From positions 1,828 to 65,827 of the forward strand of contig CAYTWH010000008.1 in the NCBI GenBank assembly GCA_964442075.1: a stretch of DNA of 64,000 nucleotides, given 5' to 3'. The position numbers were made by a program, and so were the translations under genes. Below are positions 1 through 7,976 of the stretch, piece after piece. Source of the DNA: an uncultured Bacteroidales bacterium (GTDB taxonomy: Bacteria; Bacteroidota; Bacteroidia; Bacteroidales; CAYTAU01). Below the pieces are notes generated by a model that had not been told where the DNA came from, ran no database searches, and saw nothing but the letters and a program-made list of their open reading frames with translations. Position 1 is the first letter of the stretch, and each line of letters opens with the position of its first letter.

Positions 1-360
1 AAAATAATACGTGAAGCAGGAATACAAGTTCATACTCCAGAAGGAGCATTTTATCTTTTTCTCGATTTTTCACCATTATCATCAAAGATGAAAGATAAAG
101 GTATATATAACAGCACACAACTTTGCGAAAAATTATTAAAGGAGACTGGAGTAGCAATATTGTCTGGTGATGCCTTTTTGCTACCCCCTGAAAAATTAAC
201 TGCCCGTTTGGCTTTTGTTAATTTTGATGGTTCAAAAGCCTTGGCGATGAGTGAGACAATACCTCTTAGTGAAAATCTTCCTGAAGATTTTGCAAAGAAT
301 TATTGTATTTCTGTGATTCAAGCCGTACAGAAAATTGCTGATTGGGTAAATTCTAAATAG
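1..360 (+). CDS. Class I/II PLP-dependent aminotransferase, C-terminal fragment (5' end lies off-window)
   Basis: Frame 1 is open from base 1 (KIIREAGIQVHTPEGAFYLFLDFS...) and runs into the listed 88..360 ORF. The segment PEGAFYLF...GVAILSGDAF...RLAF is typical of the C-terminal small domain of aspartate/aromatic-type aminotransferases. Confidence 0.75.
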   Translation, partial: KIIREAGIQVHTPEGAFYLFLDFSPLSSKMKDKGIYNSTQLCEKLLKETGVAILSGDAFLLPPEKLTARLAFVNFDGSKALAMSETIPLSENLPEDFAKNYCISVIQAVQKIADWVNSK

Positions 361-541
361 AATTAAAACATTTGAAATACTCATAACAATGCATAATAGC
401 GCATGCCTCGGTTCGTAGAGGTTTTATAATTTAGCTAATATGTTTAACTTCGTAACAGTATGAAAAAAATCTACGGAAAGTACGGCACAGCAACATATGC
501 TAACCGTTTGCTGAAAAATAATAATTAAAAATTATTAATTG

Positions 542-569
542 AGAGGGAATCAATATTTCCCTTTTTTTA
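542..569 (+). terminator. Rho-independent terminator-like hairpin
   Basis: GGGAA-TCAATAT-TTCCC stem-loop (545-561) is followed directly by a run of seven T. Confidence 0.55.
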
Positions 570-639
570 TTATCTTTAAGCAACCTTTTGCACTAATTTA
601 TAGTCTACTAATAAACCTTAACTATTAAAAAAAAATATT

Positions 640-2394
640 ATGAAAAAGAAATTTTTACTTATTGCAATTAGTTTCTTGCTTTATTTTAGTGGCATTAGTC
701 AAACACCTATTGATATAATTTATGCCAATGACTCATTAATGTTTAATGATTGTCCATCAGGGACACCACCTGTATCAACAGGATTTACCGTTATGTTTGA
801 TGATTCTTTATATATTCTACCCGACACTATTATGCTTACAGTATATTTTGGTGATGGTGCATATCAAACTGTTTATACAAAATTTGCAATTACAGTTGTA
901 AGTCATACATATTTAACATTAGGGATTTTTGACGTAACATATATTGCTTCTGATATGTATGGAAATACGGATACAGTATTTCATCCTGCAGAAGTATTTG
1001 TAACTAATAACTGCTCATCATTATTATCCTACGTCTTTGTTGATAATAATTCAAATTGTATTTATGATGCCGGCGATTCATTAATTAATAATGTTCCTTT
1101 AACTCTTTACAATGGAATATCACATTATGGCATATTTCCTTCAGGGTCTGTTTATTTAGATATTCCAGACACTATTAATTATACTGCTGTAATTAATGTT
1201 AATGCAATTCAGCAATTAGGCTATAATATGACATGTCCTGCATCAGGATTCATTAATTTTACTGCTTCAGGTTCAGATATTCTTTATTTTGCAGTTAACT
1301 GTAATAGTAATTACGATTTGTCTATTACATCATCTGGCAATCCATTTAAAGTGGCAAATTCATCGCTAATTTCTGTTGGAGTAAGTGATTTATCATGTAT
1401 TCCTATGTCTGGAACATATACACTTATTATGGATTCGCTTTTAAGTTTTGTATATGCTTTACATCCTCCTTCAACAGGAAGCGGTCAAATTTATTCCTGG
1501 GATTTTTCAAACTTGGCTACTGTCGGATCTGGACAGGGCAGTATTTCTAATATGATGTATTTTAATCTTGCACCAAGTGTTCAGATTGGTGATACGGTTT
1601 GCTATTCATTTTCGGTTTCCCCTACTTTAGGAGATATAAATACAACTAATAATATTGTAAATTTATGTTATCCTGTTTTAAATGCATGGGACCCAAATTA
1701 TAAAGATGTATATCCGAAAGGAAATGGTATTGAAGGATATATTCCTGCAAATACAAAATTAACTTACACAATAGGTTTTCAAAATACAGGTAATGATACA
1801 GCAAATCATGTTTACGTTCTTGATACACTTGACTATGATTTAGACATAAATTCACTACAAATTATTTATACAAGTCACTCAATGCATTTTTACATCATAA
1901 ATGGAAATATACTTAAATTTGATTTTAATAATATTCAATTACCCGATAGTGGAACTAACCAAATGTTAAGTCATGGTTTTATTGTTTATGAAATTAATCA
2001 AAAATCAAATCTTCCACCACTAACACAAATAATAAACGAAGTAGGTATTTATTTTGATTCAAATCCAGCAGTAATTACAAATCAAACTTTAAATACTGTT
2101 GAACAAACTTTATTTGTATCAGAAAACATAAAAACTGTTGATTCTTTTTCAATCTACCCCAACCCCACAACTGGAAGAATTACAATAGAGGCAGAGGGCG
2201 TTATAGGAATTGAGGTAATGGATATTACAGGGAAAATCATTATTAAACATTCCCGTGAAAACGGGAATCCAGAAAAATGGATACCCGATCAAGCCGGGCA
2301 TGATATTAACTTGGGTTCACAGCCCAAGGGTATATACTTTATAAAAGTAACAACACAAAAAGGTGTTGTGGTTGAGAAGGTTGTTTTGGAGTAA
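640..2394 (+). CDS. Secreted protein with a DUF11-like conserved repeat domain and a T9SS type-A C-terminal sorting domain
   Basis: It has an N-terminal signal peptide (MKKKFLLIAISFLLYFSGISQ) and a GFQNTGNDTANHVYVLDTLD segment typical of DUF11-type repeats. The C-terminus FSIYPNPTTGRITIEA...GIYFIKV is the T9SS type-A CTD signature. Confidence 0.85.
   Translation: MKKKFLLIAISFLLYFSGISQTPIDIIYANDSLMFNDCPSGTPPVSTGFTVMFDDSLYILPDTIMLTVYFGDGAYQTVYTKFAITVVSHTYLTLGIFDVTYIASDMYGNTDTVFHPAEVFVTNNCSSLLSYVFVDNNSNCIYDAGDSLINNVPLTLYNGISHYGIFPSGSVYLDIPDTINYTAVINVNAIQQLGYNMTCPASGFINFTASGSDILYFAVNCNSNYDLSITSSGNPFKVANSSLISVGVSDLSCIPMSGTYTLIMDSLLSFVYALHPPSTGSGQIYSWDFSNLATVGSGQGSISNMMYFNLAPSVQIGDTVCYSFSVSPTLGDINTTNNIVNLCYPVLNAWDPNYKDVYPKGNGIEGYIPANTKLTYTIGFQNTGNDTANHVYVLDTLDYDLDINSLQIIYTSHSMHFYIINGNILKFDFNNIQLPDSGTNQMLSHGFIVYEINQKSNLPPLTQIINEVGIYFDSNPAVITNQTLNTVEQTLFVSENIKTVDSFSIYPNPTTGRITIEAEGVIGIEVMDITGKIIIKHSRENGNPEKWIPDQAGHDINLGSQPKGIYFIKVTTQKGVVVEKVVLE
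2249..2300. repeat. Chain of overlapping small palindromes lying in frame inside the T9SS CTD
   Basis: ATTCCCGT-GAAA-ACGGGAAT is a perfect 8-bp stem (2249-2268). GGAATCCA-GAAAAA-TGGATACC pairs 7 of 8 (2264-2285), and TACCCG-ATCAAGC-CGGGCA pairs 5 of 6 (2282-2300). Together they encode HSRENGNPEKWIPDQAGHD and lengthen the CTD spacer relative to other CTDs in the window. Confidence 0.6.
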
Positions 2395-2419
2395 ATGTTA
2401 AAACATCAGTAAATTATTA

Positions 2420-3529
2420 CTACTTAAAACAAAAAGCACCGGGAACAATACCTACTTTAAAAGTATCAATTGCTATAGCCTGTGAGTTGTATCTGTAAAT
2501 ATTTCCGTTTTGTGTTTGGTCTATTGCATCAGAAACATAAATATCGGAATTAACAGGGCTTATTCCTAAACTGTAAAATAACTTTGTTCCTGATTCAATA
2601 AATGCAGATTGAGGTAAAATATTATTATCAACAGGCATTTGATATACACCGCTGTTTGCAATGTTTCCGCCTCCCCAATCGCTATATATAAAATATAATG
2701 TGTCTTTTTGTTTATTGATACAAAGGTCGAAAAGAGATGATTCAATATCGGGAAATTCAAATACACTTTCTACCTGAAGCGAAGCAATATCAATTTTTGT
2801 TAATGCCGGATTTACTTGTCCATAAGGGCTTCCTGCAAAACCGCCATCTGATAATACCCACAGTTTATTGTTTTTGTCAATTACCATGCTATTGGGCTGT
2901 TTTGCAAGTTCAATAGAATCTGTTAGTTCATCAAACTGAGAGTTAATAACCAATATTTTATTATCGAACGACCAACAGTTTACAAAAACATAATTGCCCC
3001 ACGAAAGCATTTGCTCGGTTGGATGTTGATAAAATTGCGATTCGTTATTGTTTACATCTATACTTCCAATAATTGAACATGTAATTGGGTCAACTATGGT
3101 AATTGATTTTGCATACAAATCGGTAATATATGCTTTTTGAGCATTAATAAAATGGATGTATCGCGGAGAAGTTAATCCTGTAATTTTTCCTACATATTCA
3201 AAAGTATTAATATTTATAACGTAAACTTTTCCAGAATTATTAAGAACAATATATCCCAAAGAATCGTTAATTGTCATCGATTGTGCAACATCGCCAAGCG
3301 GCAAAGCATTGGTATAATAAAAAACATTGTTAAGTATTTCTTTAGTTTCAGTATTATAATAAGACAGAGATGCATTGCTATACATAAAATTTCCCTCATT
3401 AATAATAAATAATCCTTTTTGGTTTTGTTCTCTGCGTAGTTGATCAAAATCGCGTAAAGCATCATCGTCCATACACGATTGCAAAAAAATAAGAGCAATA
3501 AAGATTAATATATAATAGATATTTTTCAT
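2420..3529 (-). CDS. Beta-propeller surface lipoprotein, YncE/DUF5074-like (sits where a B12-capture accessory would)
   Basis: It has a lipoprotein signal (IALIFLQSC). The segment GLFIINEGNFMYSNASLSYYN matches my recollection of the DUF5074/YncE family. It is the last gene of the riboswitch-controlled operon, 23 nt downstream of the TonB-dependent receptor. Confidence 0.75.
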   Translation of the reverse strand: MKNIYYILIFIALIFLQSCMDDDALRDFDQLRREQNQKGLFIINEGNFMYSNASLSYYNTETKEILNNVFYYTNALPLGDVAQSMTINDSLGYIVLNNSGKVYVININTFEYVGKITGLTSPRYIHFINAQKAYITDLYAKSITIVDPITCSIIGSIDVNNNESQFYQHPTEQMLSWGNYVFVNCWSFDNKILVINSQFDELTDSIELAKQPNSMVIDKNNKLWVLSDGGFAGSPYGQVNPALTKIDIASLQVESVFEFPDIESSLFDLCINKQKDTLYFIYSDWGGGNIANSGVYQMPVDNNILPQSAFIESGTKLFYSLGISPVNSDIYVSDAIDQTQNGNIYRYNSQAIAIDTFKVGIVPGAFCFK

Positions 3530-3552
3530 TTAATCATTTAAGCATTTACACA

Positions 3553-5538
3553 TTAAAACCTCATACCAAATAAAATCAAATAATTTCTTTGAGGCATTGG
3601 TCTGAATAAAATAGAACGATATTCTTCGTTAAATAAATTATATATTTTGAATTGTATGCTTAGGTCAAACTTTTTGAATTCAAAATTTTTACCAATAAAT
3701 AAATTATTCATATAATACGGATAAAGCCAATCGCGTAACGAATAATTGTTAGTTGATGTTGTAAAACGTTCGCTATACGAATTATGAATATACGATACAG
3801 AGTATCCATTTCTCGATATATTTAAAAATACATTTCCTGAATGTACAGGAACATATACAAGTTGTTTACCATACGATTCTTCTCCCCATATTTCAGTATC
3901 ACCATAATTTAACGAACTTGTATATGCATAATTTGCATTAGCTTTTACTGCATATTTGCCTACACTAAAATTTAATTTAATATTATATTCCAAGCCTTTT
4001 GAAACTACATTACTTATGTTTTTTGGTGTCCAGTAGCCTTTAACTGTTGGTATCCATATTATCCAATTGTTAATGTCAGAATAAAAACTTGTAATAGAAT
4101 TTTCAATTAATATATTGTTGACTTTACTTGAAACAGATAATCCAATATCACCCGAAATACCATTTTCGGGTAATATATCGGGGTTTCCACCAGGTTGCCA
4201 GTATAAATCGTTGAGGCTAGGAAAATGATAATTATTTCCAATATTTCCTTTAATAAAAAATTGATGTTTATCAGAAATTAAATAATCAAAACCAAAATAA
4301 GGAATTAAAGGAATTGATCCAGAACTGATAAAATTTTTCCTTATCATTACAAGACAAGCTAAACGTTTGCCAAATTTTTGATTTAACGATACAAATGATA
4401 AATGTTCAATTCTTGTTGTATCGTAACCTGTTTTACTAATAGTGTCGGTTGTGTTTACTTTATGAAAATTAGTACTATAATTAAAATTTAAGTGTGTGTT
4501 TTCACTCAATTTATATTTGTAGTATAGCTTGTTATATGAGCTTATAGAATTACTTTCAGAATATATTGCATTTTCATAATCGTAGCCCGAAATAAAATTT
4601 TCCAGAGAGTATGTCATATCTTTTAAAATTAAACCTGATGTAAATCCTATTTTTGAGCTTTCTCCCGATTTTGAAATTTCACCTATCAATCTGTTGCTAA
4701 TATCAATTTGCTTGCTAATATTAGAGTAATCAGTGCCTTCGTAGGTGTTTAATCTTGGCAGACTCCTGTCTGATGTTTGATGCCAGTATTTTAATGAAGC
4801 TGTAATATTATTTTTTAAACGCAAATAAAACTCCTGTAATAAGCCATATTGTTGATATTCTGCATTCATATTTTCCTGAACAGGATAAATATATTGTCCA
4901 GTAAGGGAATCAATATCTGCAATATTCTTATTTTTAAATTTAAAATTGTTTTTCGAAAAAGAATAGAATGCTCTTGTTTTTGTTTGAAACTTTTTGTTCC
5001 CAAAATTTATTTGCAGAAAATCGCTGTAAGTTCGATAACTACCAAATCCCTGCATAAATTTACCGCTAAATTTATTATTCCAGTCAGGTTTATTATTGAT
5101 ACTTATACTTCCCCCCAAAGCACCACTTGTATTTTGAATTGAACCTGCTCCGTGTAATAATGAAACATCATCAATAAAATAAACCGGAATTAGCGAAAAA
5201 TCAACCTGACCAATCATAGGCGAACTAATACTTATATCATTCCACAATACATCGGTATGAGAAGGACTGGTACCACGAAACGAAACAGTTGCCAATGCTC
5301 CACGTCCTGATGTTTTAACAAATACAGGAGTGCTTTCCGAAAGTATATCAGATAATGATGCATTAATCGATTTCATTAATATCAATGTATCAATTCTGGT
5401 AATTTTAATACCAGTTTCATCAATAGGTCGTTTTGCAGTAATTTTAACTTCGGGAATATCAATTGTATCTCTGCTTATTTGCGAATAATTATAAAAAGGT
5501 ATTATTAGAAAAAATAATATGATAACTGAGATTTTCAT
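3553..5538 (-). CDS. TonB-dependent outer-membrane receptor, BtuB-like (under a cobalamin riboswitch)
   Basis: It has a signal peptide, a plug-domain segment (SLSDILSESTPVFVKTSGRGALATVSFRGTSPSHTDVLWNDISI) and a long beta-barrel ending in a terminal aromatic (...LILFGMRF). Confidence 0.9.
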   Translation of the reverse strand: MKISVIILFFLIIPFYNYSQISRDTIDIPEVKITAKRPIDETGIKITRIDTLILMKSINASLSDILSESTPVFVKTSGRGALATVSFRGTSPSHTDVLWNDISISSPMIGQVDFSLIPVYFIDDVSLLHGAGSIQNTSGALGGSISINNKPDWNNKFSGKFMQGFGSYRTYSDFLQINFGNKKFQTKTRAFYSFSKNNFKFKNKNIADIDSLTGQYIYPVQENMNAEYQQYGLLQEFYLRLKNNITASLKYWHQTSDRSLPRLNTYEGTDYSNISKQIDISNRLIGEISKSGESSKIGFTSGLILKDMTYSLENFISGYDYENAIYSESNSISSYNKLYYKYKLSENTHLNFNYSTNFHKVNTTDTISKTGYDTTRIEHLSFVSLNQKFGKRLACLVMIRKNFISSGSIPLIPYFGFDYLISDKHQFFIKGNIGNNYHFPSLNDLYWQPGGNPDILPENGISGDIGLSVSSKVNNILIENSITSFYSDINNWIIWIPTVKGYWTPKNISNVVSKGLEYNIKLNFSVGKYAVKANANYAYTSSLNYGDTEIWGEESYGKQLVYVPVHSGNVFLNISRNGYSVSYIHNSYSERFTTSTNNYSLRDWLYPYYMNNLFIGKNFEFKKFDLSIQFKIYNLFNEEYRSILFRPMPQRNYLILFGMRF

Positions 5539-5564
5539 TTATCTTTTTTTTCCATTTGAGTAAA

Positions 5565-6599
5565 TTAATTAATGATTATTTTTTTATTAAAAATCTTACT
5601 GTTGCTAAGAATATTCGCAAAATAAATGCCCTTGGCTTGTTTGCTTAAATCAACCTCTATTAAACCTAACAGGTTTTCGAAACCTGTTAGGTTTCTTATC
5701 ACTTGACCATTAGCATTCATTACTTTAATAGATTGAATATTCTTACCTTGAATAAAAAATATTCCATTTGTGGGATTAGGAAAAATTGAAATATCTTCTT
5801 TTATATCAGATAGTTCATCTATATCGTTATTTTTGACATGAATAACTCCAACAGCATCCAGATCAAACCCACAAGTGTTAAAAGGTGTTGGCCAAGAGTC
5901 GTTTATTTTATTGTTTTGAGAGTCATAATTTACAAACTCATTTTGGATACATCCTATTACATCAATTATTTTCATATAATTAATACTGTCAATATCAATT
6001 CCTGTACTATCAATTAGGTCTTCCAGATCGAAAGGTGTTCCATAATTTATTTCATATTTTCCTGCAAGATTATGAATTTGTTTTGGGTCTAACTGACCAT
6101 AAGTACCAACTTGTGCGGTATATTGTGTTAAGGAAACTGACGGAAAACGAACATAGTTTATTCCATTAGAGCTAACTTCTACAAAAGCTAATTCAAGAAA
6201 ATATTGATACGGGGGTATATTTGCTATAAAACCATTTTCAAAAATTGCAAAATCAGGTCCTGTGCCATTTGTTATAGCATGCTGAAAACTTAGAATTGCT
6301 TCTCCCCCATCTCCAAGACTAACTGTATTTCCAGCTACTCCTGGTTCTCCTGTTGCAAATATATCGCTCCCCGAAAATGCGTAATTTGATGTCGTTTCGT
6401 TTTGTGTGTATGTAAAAGATGTATCGGCAATATTTATATAACCACGCATTACCTCGCATCCTGTAGCCCATGCCTGAAATATTAAACTATCTTTATGTAT
6501 TGCTGTTGAACCTGTTTCTCCTGCAGCAGGTGCAAATTGCGAATAAACACTTGTATAAATTAAGATAGTTAATATTGAAATGGAAATTTTCATATTCAT
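5565..6599 (-). CDS. Secreted protein of unknown function with a T9SS type-A CTD
   Basis: It has a signal peptide and a C-terminal ISIFPNPTNGIFFIQG...GIYFANI sorting domain. It is tightly packed in the riboswitch operon, with a 1-nt gap to the upstream gene. Confidence 0.85.
   Translation of the reverse strand: MNMKISISILTILIYTSVYSQFAPAAGETGSTAIHKDSLIFQAWATGCEVMRGYINIADTSFTYTQNETTSNYAFSGSDIFATGEPGVAGNTVSLGDGGEAILSFQHAITNGTGPDFAIFENGFIANIPPYQYFLELAFVEVSSNGINYVRFPSVSLTQYTAQVGTYGQLDPKQIHNLAGKYEINYGTPFDLEDLIDSTGIDIDSINYMKIIDVIGCIQNEFVNYDSQNNKINDSWPTPFNTCGFDLDAVGVIHVKNNDIDELSDIKEDISIFPNPTNGIFFIQGKNIQSIKVMNANGQVIRNLTGFENLLGLIEVDLSKQAKGIYFANILSNSKIFNKKIIIN
5662..5694. repeat. Perfect 15+3+15 palindrome in frame within the T9SS CTD (encodes NLTGFENLLGL)
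   Basis: The sequence is AAACCTAACAGGTTT-TCG-AAACCTGTTAGGTTT. A near-identical copy lies at 15951-15985 in another CTD. Confidence 0.8.
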
Positions 6600-6600
6600 A

Positions 6601-7560
6601 TCAATTCTTAATTATCTTTTTAGTAATTACTTTATCATTATTGCTTATTGTTATAAAATAAATACCTCTGTTAAGTTCTGATAGATCAATTTTCTCAACA
6701 TTAGTATTTGTTTGTTTTAAATAAACCGTTTTACCTGAAATATCATAGATCATAATTTTTGAATTTTCAATATTTTCAATTGTTAAAATATCTTTAACAG
6801 GATTTGGATAGATATTCATGTCGTTTTTAGAAACAGTTTTAATACTTGTTGTAAATTCAATATCATCAAGACAAAAATAAGCGGGAGTATTCATTCCGAA
6901 TGCTCCATTATCGGTAGAACTTAATTCAAATACAATACTATCGGCAAAATATATAGGACTAAGATCTACAAGTGTCCAGTCTTTAATAATATAATCCTGG
7001 TTATTGTTGGTAAAACGATAATCTGCAAGGTAAAATCCTACAGAATCTATAAAAGTATTTCCTAAATACCCTATCATATTTAGCTTAAACCAATCGGGGT
7101 CATCACCGGAAACTCCTCCAAATTTTTTACTAAATGCATCACCGTCTTTCATGCTATAATACGCATAAGCATTATTTGTAATATATATTGCGTCAATATT
7201 TGAACCTATATGATCTGATCTAATATAAGTTATACCAGAGTAATCTAAAATATAACCTACTGCATAGTTTTCTGAATTGTTGTTGCCACTACCTGCCATT
7301 GCGCTATACATATTTCCGAAACCTGATGTAACAGTATCAATCATATTTGAGTAAGCAAAACCTGCCCATGAATAATAAGCAGTATCATAATAGTTAACAA
7401 AATATGAGACTCCTCCACTCATAAATCCTCCTGTCAGATCAGAGCCATTCCAAAATGTATCAGTCTGAAGACTTAAATCTTCAAAATCTGTTTGTGCATT
7501 TACATTAAATGTAAATACAAGCATTGCAAGTATACTTGCGAAAAAAAATCTTTTTTTCAT
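6601..7560 (-). CDS. DUF4465-like protein with a T9SS type-A CTD
   Basis: It has a signal peptide, and FEDLSLQTDTFWNGSDLTGGF...WAGFAYSN matches my recollection of DUF4465. The C-terminus reads NIYPNPVKDILTIEN...GIYFITI. It is the first gene downstream of the cobalamin riboswitch. Confidence 0.85.
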   Translation of the reverse strand: MKKRFFFASILAMLVFTFNVNAQTDFEDLSLQTDTFWNGSDLTGGFMSGGVSYFVNYYDTAYYSWAGFAYSNMIDTVTSGFGNMYSAMAGSGNNNSENYAVGYILDYSGITYIRSDHIGSNIDAIYITNNAYAYYSMKDGDAFSKKFGGVSGDDPDWFKLNMIGYLGNTFIDSVGFYLADYRFTNNNQDYIIKDWTLVDLSPIYFADSIVFELSSTDNGAFGMNTPAYFCLDDIEFTTSIKTVSKNDMNIYPNPVKDILTIENIENSKIMIYDISGKTVYLKQTNTNVEKIDLSELNRGIYFITISNNDKVITKKIIKN

Positions 7561-7694
7561 TTTTTTAATTTAAAAGTTAAACATTACAAATAATTGATTG
7601 ATAACAATCAACACTCATAAGCTAACTCGGGGAAATTTAATGATATTGTTTTTGTATCATTTTGCTTTTTACCCGAAAGCTTCAAGAATATTGA

Positions 7695-7855
7695 AATAAT
7701 AATGGTAGGTCTTCTGACTTTCCCTTTTTGACGCCTTCCCGCCCCAATTACGTGGAGCAGTGGCTAAGACTGTCAAATAAACTCAATAAAGAGTTGGGAT
7801 TACAGCAGCGGGTACTGTACAGGATTTTCACCTGTTTCCCTCTTAGTCACTTATT
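7695..7855 (-). promoter_or_regulatory. Cobalamin (B12) riboswitch
   Basis: The minus strand reads AGAGGGAAACAGGTGAAAATCCTGTACAGTACCCGCTGCTGTAATCCC...AGCCACTGCTCCACGTAATTGGGGCGGGAAGGCGTC...AGTCAGAAGACCTACC. It therefore contains the conserved GGGAA/GGTGAAAATCC/CCCGC-CTGTAA core, the GCCACTG element and a B12 box close to the AGYCMGGAGACCKGCC consensus. Confidence 0.9.
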
Positions 7856-7886
7856 GTAAATACAATATTGTGAACCATCAACTGTA

Positions 7887-7894
7887 CAAATGTA
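7887..7894 (-). promoter_or_regulatory. Candidate Bacteroidota -7 promoter element (TAnnTTTG) for the riboswitch operon
   Basis: The minus strand reads TACATTTG, with a TTTG 17 nt further upstream (7912-7915). It lies about 30 nt upstream of the riboswitch 5' end. Confidence 0.4.
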
Positions 7895-7976
7895 AATAAA
7901 TTTTTTGAAAGCAAATACAAGTATTTGAAAATAATTATGAATATTTATTAATTATCTAATCACAAGTAAAGAGCAC

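Noticed and set aside
1646-5142. Short ORFs (66-97 aa) are embedded in or opposite the 640, 2420 and 3553 genes.
   Set aside because: All overlap longer ORFs that have clear signal peptides and domain motifs. Their own products are low-complexity I/L/F/N-rich sequences typical of AT-rich shadow frames.
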